A stretch of 63,937 bases of DNA, the filler included, from Octopus bimaculoides (taxonomy: Eukaryota): the NCBI RefSeq assembly GCF_001194135.2. It is 9 parts of 8 records of this genome, joined end to end, with 100 filler letters (N's around TTAATTAATTAA, not from the genome) between each part and the next. Parts side by side here need not be neighbours in the genome. Positions count along the whole stretch, not along the records: positions 29,139 to 40,835 come from NC_069007.1; positions 40,936 to 51,650 come from NC_068983.1; positions 51,751 to 55,892 come from NW_026381528.1; 6 more parts are not named here. The stretch is one strand, 5' to 3'. Below are positions 38,614 to 52,629 of the stretch, one piece after another (within the stretch, counting starts at the first letter, position 1; each line of letters begins with the position of its first letter). The notes under the pieces were generated by a model. The model ran no database searches and had not been told where the DNA came from. It saw nothing but the letters and a program-made list of their open reading frames with translations. Made by a program: the position numbers and the translations under genes.

Positions 38614-39184
38614 TTATTTGCACTATATATATATATATGTGTGTGTGCGTGCGTGCGTGTGTGTATGTATGCATATATATATATTCATTTTATTGTTTAT
38701 ATTTATATTATTTCATTATTATTTTCTTTTTCTACGTATTCCTTCGCATTGTTTCTCGTTTTCCTGTTGGTATATTCCCTACTGTCAGATGAGCCTTCAC
38801 AACCACGCCTCTCTTAAATGCTTTTATTTTTTTTAATTATTTTTATTTTCAATTGTTCGGGAATGTATTGTTTTTTTTTGACATCCTTTTCATTTTCTTT
38901 CGTTCTCTTTCTCACTTTTTCTCTTCTTACACTTGCTCTTGCAGTAGTAAAAGTAGTAGAAGTAGTAGAAGTAGTAGTAGTTGTTGTACTTGTGGTGGTC
39001 TTGTGGTTTCTATTGTGATTGCTACTGAAGCAGCAGCAGCAGTAGATGTTGTTGTTCTTGTTCTTTTTCCTATTATTATTATTATTATTATTATTATTAT
39101 GGGGTGGAAACGCATAACAAAACAGAGTAGCAAATTGTCAAATTGTTTGGGCACGGCGTGGGTAGGGAGCGTCGAACAAAAGGG

Positions 39185-39224
<40 letters not shown>

Positions 39225-39479
39225 GGGAGAAGAAGAGAAACCAACAAGAAAGAACCAACCCCAACCATTACCGAGCAAGACACACTAGGGGCATCTCATT
39301 TGCCCGCCCCTAACACCTGGGGTTTATATAAGATTTGCAGTCGATCGAATAGCTTACAAACAACCTGATGAATCTACTGAACGATATCAGGGTAAAAGAA
39401 GGGGGTTAGTAGATTATTTAAGGGGCCATGGCTTCATATCTTCTGCAAGACAGTCCCATTCTGTGGCATAGACCGGTAA

Positions 39480-39566
39480 AGTGTCTGCTACTATAGCCTC
39501 GGGCCGACCAAAGCCTTGTGAGTGGATTTGGTCGACGGAAACTGAAAGAAGCCCGTAGTATATATG

Positions 39567-39608
<42 letters not shown>

Positions 39609-39806
39609 TCCCCTCCAACATCGCTTGACTACCGATGTTGGCGTGTTTACGTCCCCGTACAATAGCAGTTCTGCAAAAGAGACCGATAGAATAAGTACTA
39701 GTCTTACAAAGTCCTGGGGTCGATTTGCTCGACTAAAGGCGGTGCTCCAGCATGGCCGCAGTCAAATGACTGAAACAAGTAAAAGAGTACAAGACTGAGA
39801 CCCCCT
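39480..39806 (+). mobile_element. SINE family A, 5' truncated
   Basis: Body and tail colinear with 30390. Confidence 0.88.
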
Positions 39807-39876
39807 NNNNNNNNNNCTCCAGCATGGCCGCAGTCAAATGACTGAAACAAGTAAAAGAGTACAAGACTGAGACCCC

Positions 39877-40205
39877 CTTCGGTCATGACTGACCATGGGA
39901 TTGCACCAAGAAAGTTACCCACACACGCACAAGTCCGGGCAAGGTCGTTTATGGAAGACCAGCAGTCGGCCATGCATACTGGCCTCCCCTCTCCACGTCA
40001 CCAGCGTTATCCAAGGGAAAGGCAATGGGGCCAATACAGCTTGGCACCAGTGACGTCACAAGTCATTTCTACAGCTGAGTGAACGGGAGCAACGTGAAAT
40101 AATGTGTCTTACTCAAGAACACAACACACAGCCTGGTCCGGCATTCGAACTCACAACCTCACAATTTTAAGCTCGATGCTCTGACCACTGAGCCTTGCAG
40201 CTTTA
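39877..40205 (-). mobile_element. tRNA-derived SINE family E
   Basis: Head and gttcttgagtaagacac domain on the minus strand; colinear with 27640-27930. Confidence 0.82.
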
Positions 40206-40775
40206 CAAGGTTAAAAGAATATATCTATATATCTATGTGTGTGTGCGTGTCTATACGTCTGTGTTTGTCCCCCACCACTGCTTGACAATCGGTGTCGTCG
40301 TGTTTACGTCCCCGTAATTTAGCGGTTCGGCATAAGGGTCCGATACAATAAGCACTAGGCTTATGACATAAGACCTGCAGTAGATTTGCTCGACTAAAAC
40401 ACTTCAAGGAGGTGCTCCAGTATGGCCAAAGTTAAATGACTGAGGCAAATAAAAGAACACCTACCTACCTACCTATCTATCTATCTATCTATAGGCGAAG
40501 GCGTGACTGTCTGGTAAGAAGTTAGCTTCTCAAACACATGGTTCTGCGTTCGAACCCACATAAATAATATTTTAAAATTTGGGTATACATCTCGTAGTAT
40601 GCCGTTCAAAGCCTGTTCACTATATTCGGCTACCTGATGTTATCCATCAACAGGATGGATTTAAAGGCCACCGGATTCATTACAGGAATTCCTTCGCGCC
40701 TTTAAGGTCTATAACATATAAATTCCATTTTCATTCCCTTGCTGTCATGTCTTATATACACATAAATACACACAC

Positions 40776-40835
<60 letters not shown>

Positions 40836-40935
40836 NNNNNNNNNNNNNNNNNNNNNNNNNNNNNNNNNNNNNNNNNNNNTTAATTAATTAANNNNNNNNN
40901 NNNNNNNNNNNNNNNNNNNNNNNNNNNNNNNNNNN

Positions 40936-40986
<51 letters not shown>

Positions 40987-41094
40987 TAGGGAGAGATAGG
41001 GAGAGGGAGAGAGAGAGAGAGAGAGAGAAAGAGGGAGTGAGTGAGAGGAAGTGTTTAGATTTAAATATGAACCTATTGTGTGTGTGAGTTTCAC

Positions 41095-41325
41095 CTTAAC
41101 TTGACATCACATGACAGTTGTAAATGAGTGGTACTGTCATACAAGCTGTGTCCTTTGTTTCCTATCTTCTGTGGAAACATGTCTGGCCATGGGGAATTAT
41201 TACCTTAGTTGTTGAAAATGGGAGTGTTAGCAACAAGGAGAGCATTCCAGTCATATAAAATCCATCTCAGCAAATTTGTCCAACCCATGAAAGCATTGAA
41301 AAGTAGGCATTAAAATTACAATGAT
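41095..41325 (+). repeat. Repeat family G with RTE-like 3' tail (further copies at 61490-61690 and 61760-62000)
   Basis: ggccatgggga..tattacctt..ttg.aaa..gg.ga..gtt.gcaaca..aag.gcat.ca..catagaaaa..gcat(g/t)gaaaagt ending in (ATG)n. Confidence 0.75.
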
Positions 41326-41439
41326 GAAATTTATACATAAATATTTGCTTAAAATAACATATATTTTTACATTTATTTATTTAACAGTGTTTAACAAATA
41401 GGTTTATTGTCAATTAAAAGATTTCGATTAAAAAACATA

Positions 41440-41542
41440 TATAAAATCAAATTGCCCATAAAAAGTATTTGCTGTCCACGGACCCCCTGTCTTGTCCTTG
41501 CAGACCCCCTGTGGTCTGCAGACCACAGTTTGAAAACCCCTG
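41440..41542. mobile_element. hAT-like MITE right end
   Basis: ggtctgcagaccacagtttgaaaacccctg resembles the hAT/Charlie-type terminus (CAGGGGTTTTCAAA); left end not found. Confidence 0.55.
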
Positions 41543-42069
41543 AGCTAGATCATCTTAAAACATAAGCCTGCTTAATCAACACAGACCTCTGGGTAAACAA
41601 TATCAACAACTAATATTTGTCAAGGCAAGGGTGCTTAATGTTCCCAGTCATCTTACTAGATAAAAGCAGTAAATTAAACCCTGTTATTTTAAAAAGAGTA
41701 GGACCCAATGTATTGTAATGCAGCCTTTAATGCTGTACATTACCTGAAAAAAAAAAGAAAAGAAAAGATTGATTGATCATGGGTTGCATGCTTTTCCTTG
41801 TATGTCTGTTTGTCTATTCAGTTAGAGATGAACTGAGGCTAAACAATCTCTCTCTAAACACATACATGCACTATCTGAAGTTATATCATACCATGCATGA
41901 AAGAGAGAGAGAGACCAGAGACATGGAAGAAAGTAACGATGAGAGAAAATAGAGTAATGATGACAGATGAAAGGGAGAGGTAGAAAAGGAAAAGGGAGGT
42001 AAGAAAGGAGAGAAGAGGAAAGACAAGAGACAGTAAGTAAAAGAGGCAGAAAGAGAGAAAGAAAGAAGT

Positions 42070-42110
<41 letters not shown>

Positions 42111-42596
42111 AAGTGGTTGAGTAATAAAGACAAAGTGACAGAAAAGATCTGAGAAAAAGAGAGAGAGAAACACATAGGGTGTTACGGTAGACAACAAACA
42201 CATATGACCAATAATAGTATGAAATAAATGAATGATTGTGAAGATTTATCTTCAACAGATCATTTCAGCTCGTAAAACCAATGCCAGACTAACAAACACT
42301 TAGTGTGTTATTTCTACTGGTAAATTTTCACTCCAGTCATCAACTGTCTCATCAGCAGACTTTCTCATTGACCATTTTCTAATTCCCAAACTCTCCAGCT
42401 CATCAAGAGACAGCTTCCTCTTCAAAGTCAAACTATTCAATCAAACCAACTTCTGAAAATGGTGGTTTGCTTCTATTACATCTACAGTCGAAAATGATTT
42501 CTAATATCCACTTTGCCATACCAAGCAGCTTTTGTTCTTCAGAGAGGAAAGAAATTTCCTCCTATCTATTACTTTTACAACTGAAAACACTTTTGG

Positions 42597-42627
<31 letters not shown>

Positions 42628-42760
42628 CAGCCAATTATCATCACTACAGCTACCTAGAAGCCTCTATGTTAAAAACGGATTCATTTCACCAGTTTTATCA
42701 TGTGTGTGTGCATTCTGATGCCTAAGCAGACGTGAGCAGACAGAGTCATCCTATCAGTTT

Positions 42761-42803
<43 letters not shown>

Positions 42804-42829
42804 AACACACACACACATATATGTATATA

Positions 42830-43045
42830 TATATGCATGTCTTTGTGTCTGTTTGTCTCCCACCACTGCTTGAAAACTAGCATTGGTGTTCATGCCCCCG
42901 TAACTTAGCAGTTTGGCAAAAGACTGACAGAATAAGTCCTAGGCTTTAAAAACAAAACGTCCTGGGGTCAATTTGTTTGACTAAAACATTTCAGGACGGT
43001 ACTCCAGCATGGCCTCAGTCAAATGACTGAAACAAGTAAAAGATA
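42830..43045 (+). mobile_element. SINE family A 3' half, CpG-decayed
   Basis: Tail colinear with 30390, with CG changed to TG/CA (e.g. cttagcagtttggcaaaa). Confidence 0.8.
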
Positions 43046-43941
43046 GAGTTTGAAATTACTGATGAATATAGCTTACAAGGCAGTGGCAACAGATACAATG
43101 TAGAACCATGGACCTAGTGATTGCAAAATGTTATATCATAAACATAGAGCTTTGCTAGTTGATACACCTTGGGGAGTGGTGGAGATAACATGATAAGCGG
43201 TGACAACTGGCTCACAACGAACCACATTAATTTGCACAGAAACAAAAGGTTACAGAGAGAGGGTGAGGAGGAGGAAGAGGAGGAAAAAAAGAGAGAGAAG
43301 AGGTTGATGTGTAAAACAAGGAGAAACAGACATCTATTCAAGATTCCCTCAAAAGCTAAAAGTACTCAAGATCAAAAGATTGGCTCTTCCAGCTTTATTT
43401 AGGTGCATATGAGAGACAGACAGACAGACACAGAGAGAGAGAGCATGGAGGATTGAAGTCAAGTGTTTGGAGAATGGGGGGGGGGGGCTGAGACATGCAC
43501 CTACCTACCAACTGGCTACTTACTCCCTGCTCCCCCCCCCACTGCAACTGAAGGAGGAAAAGACAGAGAGAGATAGGGATAGAAGGGGGGGGGGGGGTTA
43601 GAGCAGAGGATGTTGCAAAATATAAACAAGAGTTTTATTGCTCTGCTATTTGTAAATATACCATGGCTGTTATCACCTGTTTACACAAGATTTCATCCTC
43701 CATTCCCAACACTTCTTCTCCACCTTCCAACAAACTACAGTAAGTGGTTCACACATTTTATTGAATGTACACACACACACATACATACACACGTACGTAC
43801 GTACATACATACATACATATAAATATGTAAGTATATGAATGTAGATGTTAATGATTCAAGCATATTAATGCATTACTGTAAACAGATAGGCACAGACACA
43901 ATTATATCTTGATTGAAAGGGAAGGAAACTATGTGTATGTA

Positions 43942-44041
<100 letters not shown>

Positions 44042-44576
44042 TTTGTATGTGTGTGTATGTATATATATACACACACACACACTTGGATGTGTATTTGTCT
44101 GTGTGTATGTTCCCAGATGAATGCAAATATATATATATATAAGCAAGGCATGCTTATACACTATACAATGTGCACAAGAAAACACACACACTCTCTCTCT
44201 CTCTCTCATTCTCACTCTCTCTCTCTCTCATTCTCACTCTCTCTCTCTCTGACGATAGAGACCCATAACACCATCAAAAGCCATTTATTACTAAATTGCT
44301 GTTAACATCTCACTAATATCCAGCACTTGGAGTTGCTACTTGAGAGATACATTAAATAAACACCCGTACAACCCTTGACACTCACTTCGCTCTTGTATGG
44401 AAGAGAGAGGAGGTGTAAAATCGACGAGGGGGAGGTGGTGGAGAAGAGAGAGAAAGAAAGGAGAAAAGCTTTTAAGGTCCAAGTCTATACCAGGAAACAA
44501 GGTCCTTATCTCTTCAAGAATCATCCCTTCGCACCTTAATTTCCAGTTCTAAACATTTAAAATACAATGTATACAC

Positions 44577-44592
44577 CTTTGCTGAACTCCAG
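44577..44592 (-). CDS. Candidate 16-nt exon (LEFSK)
   Basis: Long T-tract plus caag acceptor; donor AAG|GTGTAT; phase-compatible with 48870-48900 and 41743. Confidence 0.15.
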
Positions 44593-45859
44593 CTTGAAAA
44601 AAAAAAAAAAAAAATAATAAGAATGACAATTAATAATGAATTTAAAAGAGTGTTTATCAACCCCTGACAGCTGTAAGTTATATATGCATACATATATAAA
44701 CAGCAGGTAACATTATCTGAGACAGCAGTGAAATACACATGAGCACACAGTTTGCAATGTAATTTATACCTTTTTAATAAGCATACAATTTAATATGTAT
44801 TCAAACAATCAATTAAATATATATTAATTAATGCAATATATTAACACAGTTTTATATAAATAAACACACACACACACACACACACACACANNNNNNNNNN
44901 NNNNNNNNNNNNNNNNNNNNNNNNNNNNNNNNNNNNNNNNNNNNNNNNNNNNNNNNNNNNNNNNNNNNNNNNNNNNNNNNNNNNNNNNNNNNNNNNNNNN
45001 NNNNNNNNNNNNNNNNNNNNNNNNNNNNNNNNNNNNNNNNNNNNNNNNNNNNNNNNNNNNNNNNNNNNNNNNNNNNNNNNNNNNNNNNNNNNNNNNNNNN
45101 NNNNNNNNNNNNNNNNNNNNNNNNNNNNNNNNNNNNNNNNNNNNNNNNNNNNNNNNNNNNNNNNNNNNNNNNNNNNNNNNNNNNNNNNNNNNNNNNNNNN
45201 NNNNNNNNNNNNNNNNNNNNNNNNNNNNNNNNNNNNNNNNNNNNNNNNNNNNNNNNNNNNNNNNNNNNNNNNNNNNNNNNNNNNNNNNNNNNNNNNNNNN
45301 NNNNNNNNNNNNNNNNNNNNNAAAAAAAAAAAAAAAAAAAAAAAAAAAAGAAAACTAATATAAATGGGGTCGATTAATTCAACTAAAAAATACTTCAAGG
45401 TAGTGCCCCGGCATGGATACAGTCTGATGACTGAAACAAGTGAAAGATAAAAGATAAATACATAAAGTTCACTTTGCAGCTAAAAGTTTCCAGGTTCAGT
45501 CCCACTGTATGGCACTTTCACTCAGTGTCTTCTAATATAGAACCAACCAAAGACTTGTGAATGAATTTCATAAAAGGAAACTGTACGAAACCTACCATTT
45601 GTGTGTGTGTGCATGTGCATGTATGTACACATTTGACAGAGTCACATTTTGCTTAATGCTATCTTGTATATGGCACAGAGGGTCACCCCACTAACCTCCT
45701 TTATCGTTGATAGATACATCATGCTGCCCAGTTTAATGGCACTTTTTGGTCCTTGGATACTTTAAACAGAGTTTGCTCCATTGTAAGCATCTGAACCAAG
45801 CTCCCAGTCAGAGTTAATCGTGACTCCACAGTATGCCAACATCCTCCTACTCTTCCTAA

Positions 45860-46600
45860 GATGACAAAACATGAAGCCAAACATGTTGAAGAATTCTCCC
45901 TCCTTAACTCTAATGTCTAAGGATTATGATCCAACTAAGAACCCACACATCACCTCTTACTAACACACAAACCACACATTCCTTTCTTCTCCTTGACATA
46001 TCTCTTAATCCTTATCTATAAGCCCATCTCTGCTATCCAGACTGCACTCTTCCATTTAACTTTAATCTGAAAGATTATGTTTGAGTATATATAGAGCCTA
46101 CTCTGCCTGTCACTCATCTCTCTAAGTTGGATGTCAACAACAAAGACTTCCTTTTGTTTTCAGCTGAAAAGTATCCTTTTCCTCCACTCCTTCCAAAACC
46201 TCTGCTTCCTCTATACTTCATCAAGCTACTCCAAATACCAACAACATTTTGACCATGTCCCTTCTTGTCCTTGATTAAAAACAGCCATTTTAGAACATCC
46301 TACCCTAAAATCATCATCCTTAACTCATGCTGAAATTTTCATATAATCCTCAACTCTACATCAACCAGTTTCATAATCTACTCACATCCCTAACTGATAC
46401 TAATTTCTTTCTCTAACCCTAACCTTCAGACAAAACATCAGCAAACTATCACCATCTTTGCACCTCTTGGATTGTTCAACTATGGACCTTATCACAGCTA
46501 CCCACCATACCTCCACATTATTAAACACTGATGCACCAATAGCCATTCAAGTCAGATGATAGGTCAGAACTGTGCCAGTTCTATACTATTTTGGGTAGCA
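45860..46600 (-). mobile_element. Heavily decayed LINE (RTE-like) RT remnant
   Basis: Purine-biased minus strand with a residual FAD(V) motif near 46445; many stops; assignment tentative. Confidence 0.3.
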
Positions 46601-46700
46601 CATGTTCTTCACATTTGATCCATCAAAAACATCTTAAGTAGATGACTGAAACTATCTTTGTAAACCTTTTCATACCAATCTGCCTGAGACCACCTTTAGG

Positions 46701-47072
46701 TCATCATCATCATCGTTTAACATCCGCTTTCCATGCTAGCATGGGTTGGACGATTTGACTGAGGACTGGTGAACCAGATGGCTACACCAGGCTCCAATCT
46801 GATTTAGCAGAGTTTCTACAGCTGGATGCCTTTCCTAACGCCAACCACTCCGAGAGTGTAGTGGGTGCTTTTACGTGCCACCGGCACGAAGGCCGTCAGG
46901 CGGTACTGGCAACGATCTCACTCGAATGTCTTTACATGTGTCAGGAAGACGACGCTGGGCACAGGTGCCATCACGATTTCGCTTTCGCTTGCCCCAACAG
47001 GTCTTTGCAAGCCGAATTTCGTGTCCAATGAACGAAAGTACGCATAAGTGGGCTGGCTACACCCCCTGGCAG
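46701..47072 (-). mobile_element. Repeat family F with RTE-type 3' end, CpG-rich copy (related copy at 62150-62465, plus strand)
   Basis: gttggcgttaggaaaggcatccagctgtagaaactctg..aacccatgctagcatggaaagcggatgttaaacgatgatgatga tail. Confidence 0.8.
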
Positions 47073-47469
47073 AGTCTATAATACAAACTTCATGTTTCAT
47101 GTGATGTAAATTAAAACCTTCCATCAACATGTCATGTCAATTTATGTTCCAAACATGAGTGTTATAATGACAAAGTTAGTTTACTAAATTCTTCATTAGC
47201 TTCAAAATTAAATGACACAAAGGAAGCATATTTCAGCAAAAATATGGTAACCCTTTGAGAGAGACTTCACTGCTATTTTTAGCAAGTCACACAACTATGC
47301 TGAGGTCTCTCTTGTTTGCATGTGTTTCATTGGTTAGTTGCCATGGAAACTTGATAACAACATCAGCAGTAACACCATTTGCTACATTTTACTAAGAGAA
47401 AAAGGTGCTACTTTAGAATGTGATCTACTGCAGTATCCATAGTTTATGTTGAGATATGACCTGATCTGG

Positions 47470-47550
47470 GTTGGGATCAGGGTTCAAGACTAGGTTTGGG
47501 TTTAGGATTAGTTTGGGGTTTAGGGTTAAAGCTACGGTTATAGAATAAGG
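47470..47550. repeat. Degenerate TTAGGG-like tract
   Basis: ggtttgggtttaggattagtttggggtttagggttaa. Confidence 0.6.
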
Positions 47551-47996
47551 TTAGACTGTGTACTATATTGTAAATGGTCAGGCAGACTGCACACTAAAGT
47601 GGCCCCAAGAAGAATATAGACATATTACAAGCACTTATCAATCAATCCTAGAGATAGAAAAAAGGCAAAGTCTAGATTGGTTAGATTTGAACCCAACACA
47701 GAAATTTAAAACTAAAAACTGCAAGCCATTTTGTGACCATCGCTCTACCAACTCTGCCAAGAGCAGCAGCAGCTGTAACCGAATTAACAACATAGCGACT
47801 TAAGAGAACTTTAGAAAAGGTCATTTAGTGAAATTTTCTGTCTAGACAAGAGCACTTGCACCTGCACACATACACAAACATAGACACACTCATGCAACAC
47901 TTCAGTTATTAATTATAGCTTTTAATGATTTGCAGCTCAAATAAGCCATAGTCTACAGATAACAACACTTCAAATATATCTTGTTAATTTTCCATA

Positions 47997-48050
<54 letters not shown>

Positions 48051-48869
48051 AAAACTAAAGAGGTGGGCAGCATTTATCCAGACATCTTTCAACAACCACC
48101 TCCTCACAAAGTTAAATAATCTATTTACAAATATGCTAAGTCGTTATATTTATATATTCATATTTAGTGCTACCTGGTCCTTGGATACCTTTACTGGAGC
48201 TCACTCTAAAGCAAGCATCCAAACAAAGGTTTGCATCCATCCCACACTTATTATTAAGTTGGGTGCTTGGTGGGGGGGGGGTCAATGTAATTAACTAAAA
48301 CCCCTCCCCCAAGGCTTTCAGGCCTTAGACCTATAGTAGAAAGGATCATTATGATTATTGTGTACATTACCCAACCAATCTTCAGGCTAGGCATCAATTA
48401 TGCCAATCTCACTAATCTGGGTGGGCATGCTGAAGCCACATACACTGGCACCCTTTCTCTTTCTGACAATCATTGTGTGAAGGCAGAATTGGATTGAAGA
48501 AAATACAACATTCATACTTTTGCTTCAAATACCTATTGTTATAAGCACCATCTTAAGAGAGTCTTGTCTCTCCTGGTGGGAATCTGAATCAAATTGTAGA
48601 TCCTATTTACTAAAAACTTACATACACAATTATGCATATATTATCAACAAAAACAACAATAAATTAATAATAATAAAAATCTTTTTTTAATTTTTTTTTT
48701 TTATTAATTACACATCCAAAGGGGACTTTGAACCAGAAAATGTCAAGGGAACAATAGCAAAGCTGATGATGAAGAGTCAGGGAATTCTCAAAGGAAGCTA
48801 ATCGAGAAGAACATATTAGCTGGCGGAAACGATGACAGAGATACCGGCATTGTGTATGGTAACACATAC

Positions 48870-48900
48870 AGAAGACAGCAGCTTAGCAGTTAGCAGGGGT
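48870..48900 (-). CDS. Candidate 31-nt exon (PLLTAKLLSS)
   Basis: ~40-nt pyrimidine tract ending cttttccacag; donor CT|GTATGT; only one frame open. Confidence 0.3.
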
Positions 48901-50073
48901 CTGTGGAAAAGTGGAAAGGTTGGAGGGAGGGAGGAAAAGAGAGTGAGTATGAATGTATTGGAGTGAGAAGACAGAGTCAAAGAGGGGGGGGGGTAGATGC
49001 AAAAGTGAAAGTACAGGGTGGGGTGGGAGTAAGAAAGACAAGAACAGGTGAGGGAAACAAGATGGGTAGGAGGAAGATGAGAGAAGAAGAGGGGAAAGGA
49101 AAACATGAAAAGAATAAAAGAGAAGTGTGATAGAGGAGAAAGAGGAAAGAGAATGAAATAAGATATAGAATTAAATGAAGGAGATGAAATGAAAGGGAGT
49201 GATGAGATGAGGGGAAAGAAACACAGGAAAAAAGAGGAAAAGAAAGAGAAGAGAAGAGGAAAGAAAGGACAAAGAGAGGCAGATGAATGAAAGAGAAACA
49301 AAGATGCAATGNNNNNNNNNNNNNNNNNNNNNNNNNNNNNNNNNNNNNNNNNNNNNNNNNNNNNNNNNNNNNNNNNNNNNNNNNNNNNNNNNNNNNNNNN
49401 NNNNNNNNNNNNNNNNNNNNNNNNNNNNNNNNNNNNNNNNNNNNNNNNNNNNNNNNNNNNNNNNNNNNNNNNNNNNNNNNNNNNNNNNNNNNNNNNNNNN
49501 NNNNNNNNNNNNGAGGGAGAAGACAAGGGATACAAGACAGCAGGGAGATGGGGGTAAGACCAGTCAGAAGATGAGATAAAGAGAAGGGAAAGAAGAAACA
49601 GATGAGTGCTCATGTGTATATATGTGTGTCTCATCATTTAACATCTGTTTTCCATGCTGGCATGGGTTAGATTATGTATGTTAGATTACATATACATACA
49701 CACACACATGCACTCAGGAAGAAACAGAGAGAGATGGAAGCAATGGAATGTTGCTATAGTAACAACATCAATGAAAACAGGATTGAATGGCGGAGATACT
49801 GTATAGAAGCCTATCAGATGAAATGTATCCGTAATTCAAAGGAGGACATTCATCACACACTGCATTTTGCTGATACTCCCTGTGGATTATATTAAGGGCA
49901 CAATATGCCTGTAGTGTACCCAGCCATTTGGCACAGTAATTTAATGACAAGGTAGTTCAGTTGATCAAAAACTGGAATAGACGTCATCATAGAAACCTTT
50001 AGCAGGTCTGTTCACTTGATATTCTTTACAAATAGAAGGTCCCTGCATCCTTCCCTATTGGTCTCCCTTTTAG

Positions 50074-50120
50074 GTGGGAGACGACATCAGCGTTGGTTTT
50101 ATTTTGTTGTTTGGCCCCAG
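50074..50120 (+). CDS. Candidate 47-nt exon (frame undetermined; e.g. VGDDISVGFILLFGP)
   Basis: Acceptor ggtctcccttttag, donor CAG|GTAAGA; all three frames open. Confidence 0.3.
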
Positions 50121-50392
50121 GTAAGAACTTTGACCGAAGCTATTTCAAACCTGAACATTCTAAGTGTTTATAAGGGAAATCTGGCTGCTGTTTCTAGCAG
50201 GTCATAGAAGCAAGTTTGCTGGCTCTGGATGGTTTCATTCTGACTGAAGTCTTGTTTTAGAAGATAAAGTTGTAATGTATATAGAGAGAGTATTTTCAGA
50301 AGAAGAAAAAAGTGACAGTCTGATGGTCAAAGAGACAGGGAGACACTGACACACACACACACACATGCACAAAAGCACAAATGTATGAGCAG

Positions 50393-50439
<47 letters not shown>

Positions 50440-51597
50440 TGCACAGTGATAAAAAAGGAAAGGGAGAAGAGTACTACAGAGAGAGAGAGNNNNNNNNNNN
50501 NNNNNNNNNNNNNNNNNNNNNNNNNNNNNNNNNNNNNNNNNNNNNNNNNNNNNNNNNNNNNNNNNNNNNNNNNNNNNNNNNNNNNNNNNNNNNNNNNNNN
50601 NNNNNNNNNNNNNNNNNNNNNNNNNNNNNNNNNNNNNNNNNNNNNNNNNNNNNNNNNNNNNNNNNNNNNNNNNNNNNNNNNNNNNNNNNNNNNNNNNNNN
50701 NNNNNNNNNNNNNNNNNNNNNNNNNNNNNNNNNNNNNNNNNNNNNNNNNNNNNNNNNNNNNNAGAAGAGATGTAAGAGGAAATAAGGAAAGAGAGAGAGA
50801 GAGGGGGGGAGTATTTGCAGACACAGGGCATTGGTGACAAATAAGGGGGCCTTCAGGGTCAGACAGAAGTTGTGTGGAAGGTGAAGGGGGTACAAACAAC
50901 AGGACAACAAAGGGATAAGAGTGGCGGAGTAGAAGTATGTAAGGACACAAGTGGGGGGGGGAGTAAACAAAATGCCAGTTGGCTGGAAGGAGATAAGGAT
51001 TATTAGCATGGAGTGTGGTGGTGGTAGTGGTGGTGGCGGCTGTGGTGGTGGTGGTGGTGGCGGCGGTTGTGCAGTTGGCAGAGGACCCAAGACATTTCAA
51101 CCAGATTCTTGCTATATTGCAATATTTATTACAATATTGCAATTGTTGTTGTTGTTGCTGTTATTGTTGTGGTGGTGGCTACCATAAGTGGTGAAGGTGA
51201 TGGTGGTGAAGGTGATGATGATGATGATGATGGTGGTGGGTGGATGGCAGTGGTGGTGAGGGTAATATACCCTACACAGAAAATTGTAATGAGAAGTGCA
51301 CAGTAAAAAAAAACAAAAAAGAAATTAGAAATTAGAAATGCGAGGGGATAGAAGAAGGGGTAATGAGAGAGAGGGAGAGAGAGATAGAGATTGCACATGT
51401 GTGTGTCTGTGTGTGTGTGTGTGTGTGTGCATGTGCATTTGTTTCCAGAATAATTAAATATATAGAGAGAGAATAAAGAGAACAAGAGGGAAGAGAGTGA
51501 AACTGAGAGAAAGTGAGAATTAAAAAGAAAATGAGAAAACTTAGAAACAATGAAACAAAGAGTGATACACACACATTTATATATACAAACTATCCAT

Positions 51598-51650
<53 letters not shown>

Positions 51651-52597
51651 NNNNNNNNNNNNNNNNNNNNNNNNNNNNNNNNNNNNNNNNNNNNTTAATT
51701 AATTAANNNNNNNNNNNNNNNNNNNNNNNNNNNNNNNNNNNNNNNNNNNNGTTTTTAAACTTTTAAATTTTCATATTCAAAAGAGACAGAGACTTCAATT
51801 CGATATATCGATTTATTCACCACTCTATGTTAACATAAATATATATATATATATATATCACACAAATGTCACTATAAACAAGTAATTATCTCAATCTTTG
51901 GTCGTGGGCTGTATATTCAGCTAAACCGATTAATACCTATTCATCAAAATTCTAAATTACCGTTTAACGCGTCCAAGGTAAAAAAAAAATGATGAAATGA
52001 TGTGGTTAATTTTATACGTTCGGCATTTGTAAAGTAATTTGCAGATAGAGTTACATGTTTTAGTATTTTCTTTCATTTTATGCATTTGCATCGAACAGCG
52101 TCAACAGCTTAACATTTCAGAATTAGTTATAAACTTCAAAGAAAGATTGAAATTTATAATTTCAAGGAAAAAGATATCTATTTTATAGGATATGCTGAAG
52201 TGGACTTCTATTGTCCTTAAATGGGAATATTTACTGTCAACGCAGTAAGCTTACAAAGCAAATCGATTTTATCCAATAAGTATTGATTAGATGTGACTAC
52301 GTAAAGAACAAGACCTATTTTATGCAGGATTTTTGGAGGAAATGTAGTCACAACACCTGTGACAGATTTGAATCTATGACACATAAGTTAAACATATAAC
52401 GCCCCTCATTAGCTTTTGCAGTGAACTGGTGATATTGATATTGATATGATCAGAAGGAAATTATGTTAGCAACAGCAAGTTGTGATATTTAGGGGTACTC
52501 GAGATAAAGATATTGCACAGCCAGTGCAGTGAAATTATATACATAAGATTTCATCCGATTACGGCTGTACAATAAAAACAGCAAAAAGCCTTTTCTG

Positions 52598-52629
<32 letters not shown>

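Noticed and set aside
42250-42600. Protein-like frames on both strands (e.g. minus LTLKRKLSLDELESLGIRKWSMRKSADETVDDWSENLPVEITH*)
   Set aside because: No frame is open across the block, splice signals are weak, and the text looks like a degenerate internal repeat
47558-47803. 81-aa plus-strand ORF
   Set aside because: Its 3' half overlaps a decayed minus-strand SINE head; GTG start; no homology
51180-51272. Minus-strand poly-His exon candidate after a good acceptor
   Set aside because: All frames are open only because of (GGT/GAT)n low complexity that is common throughout this window
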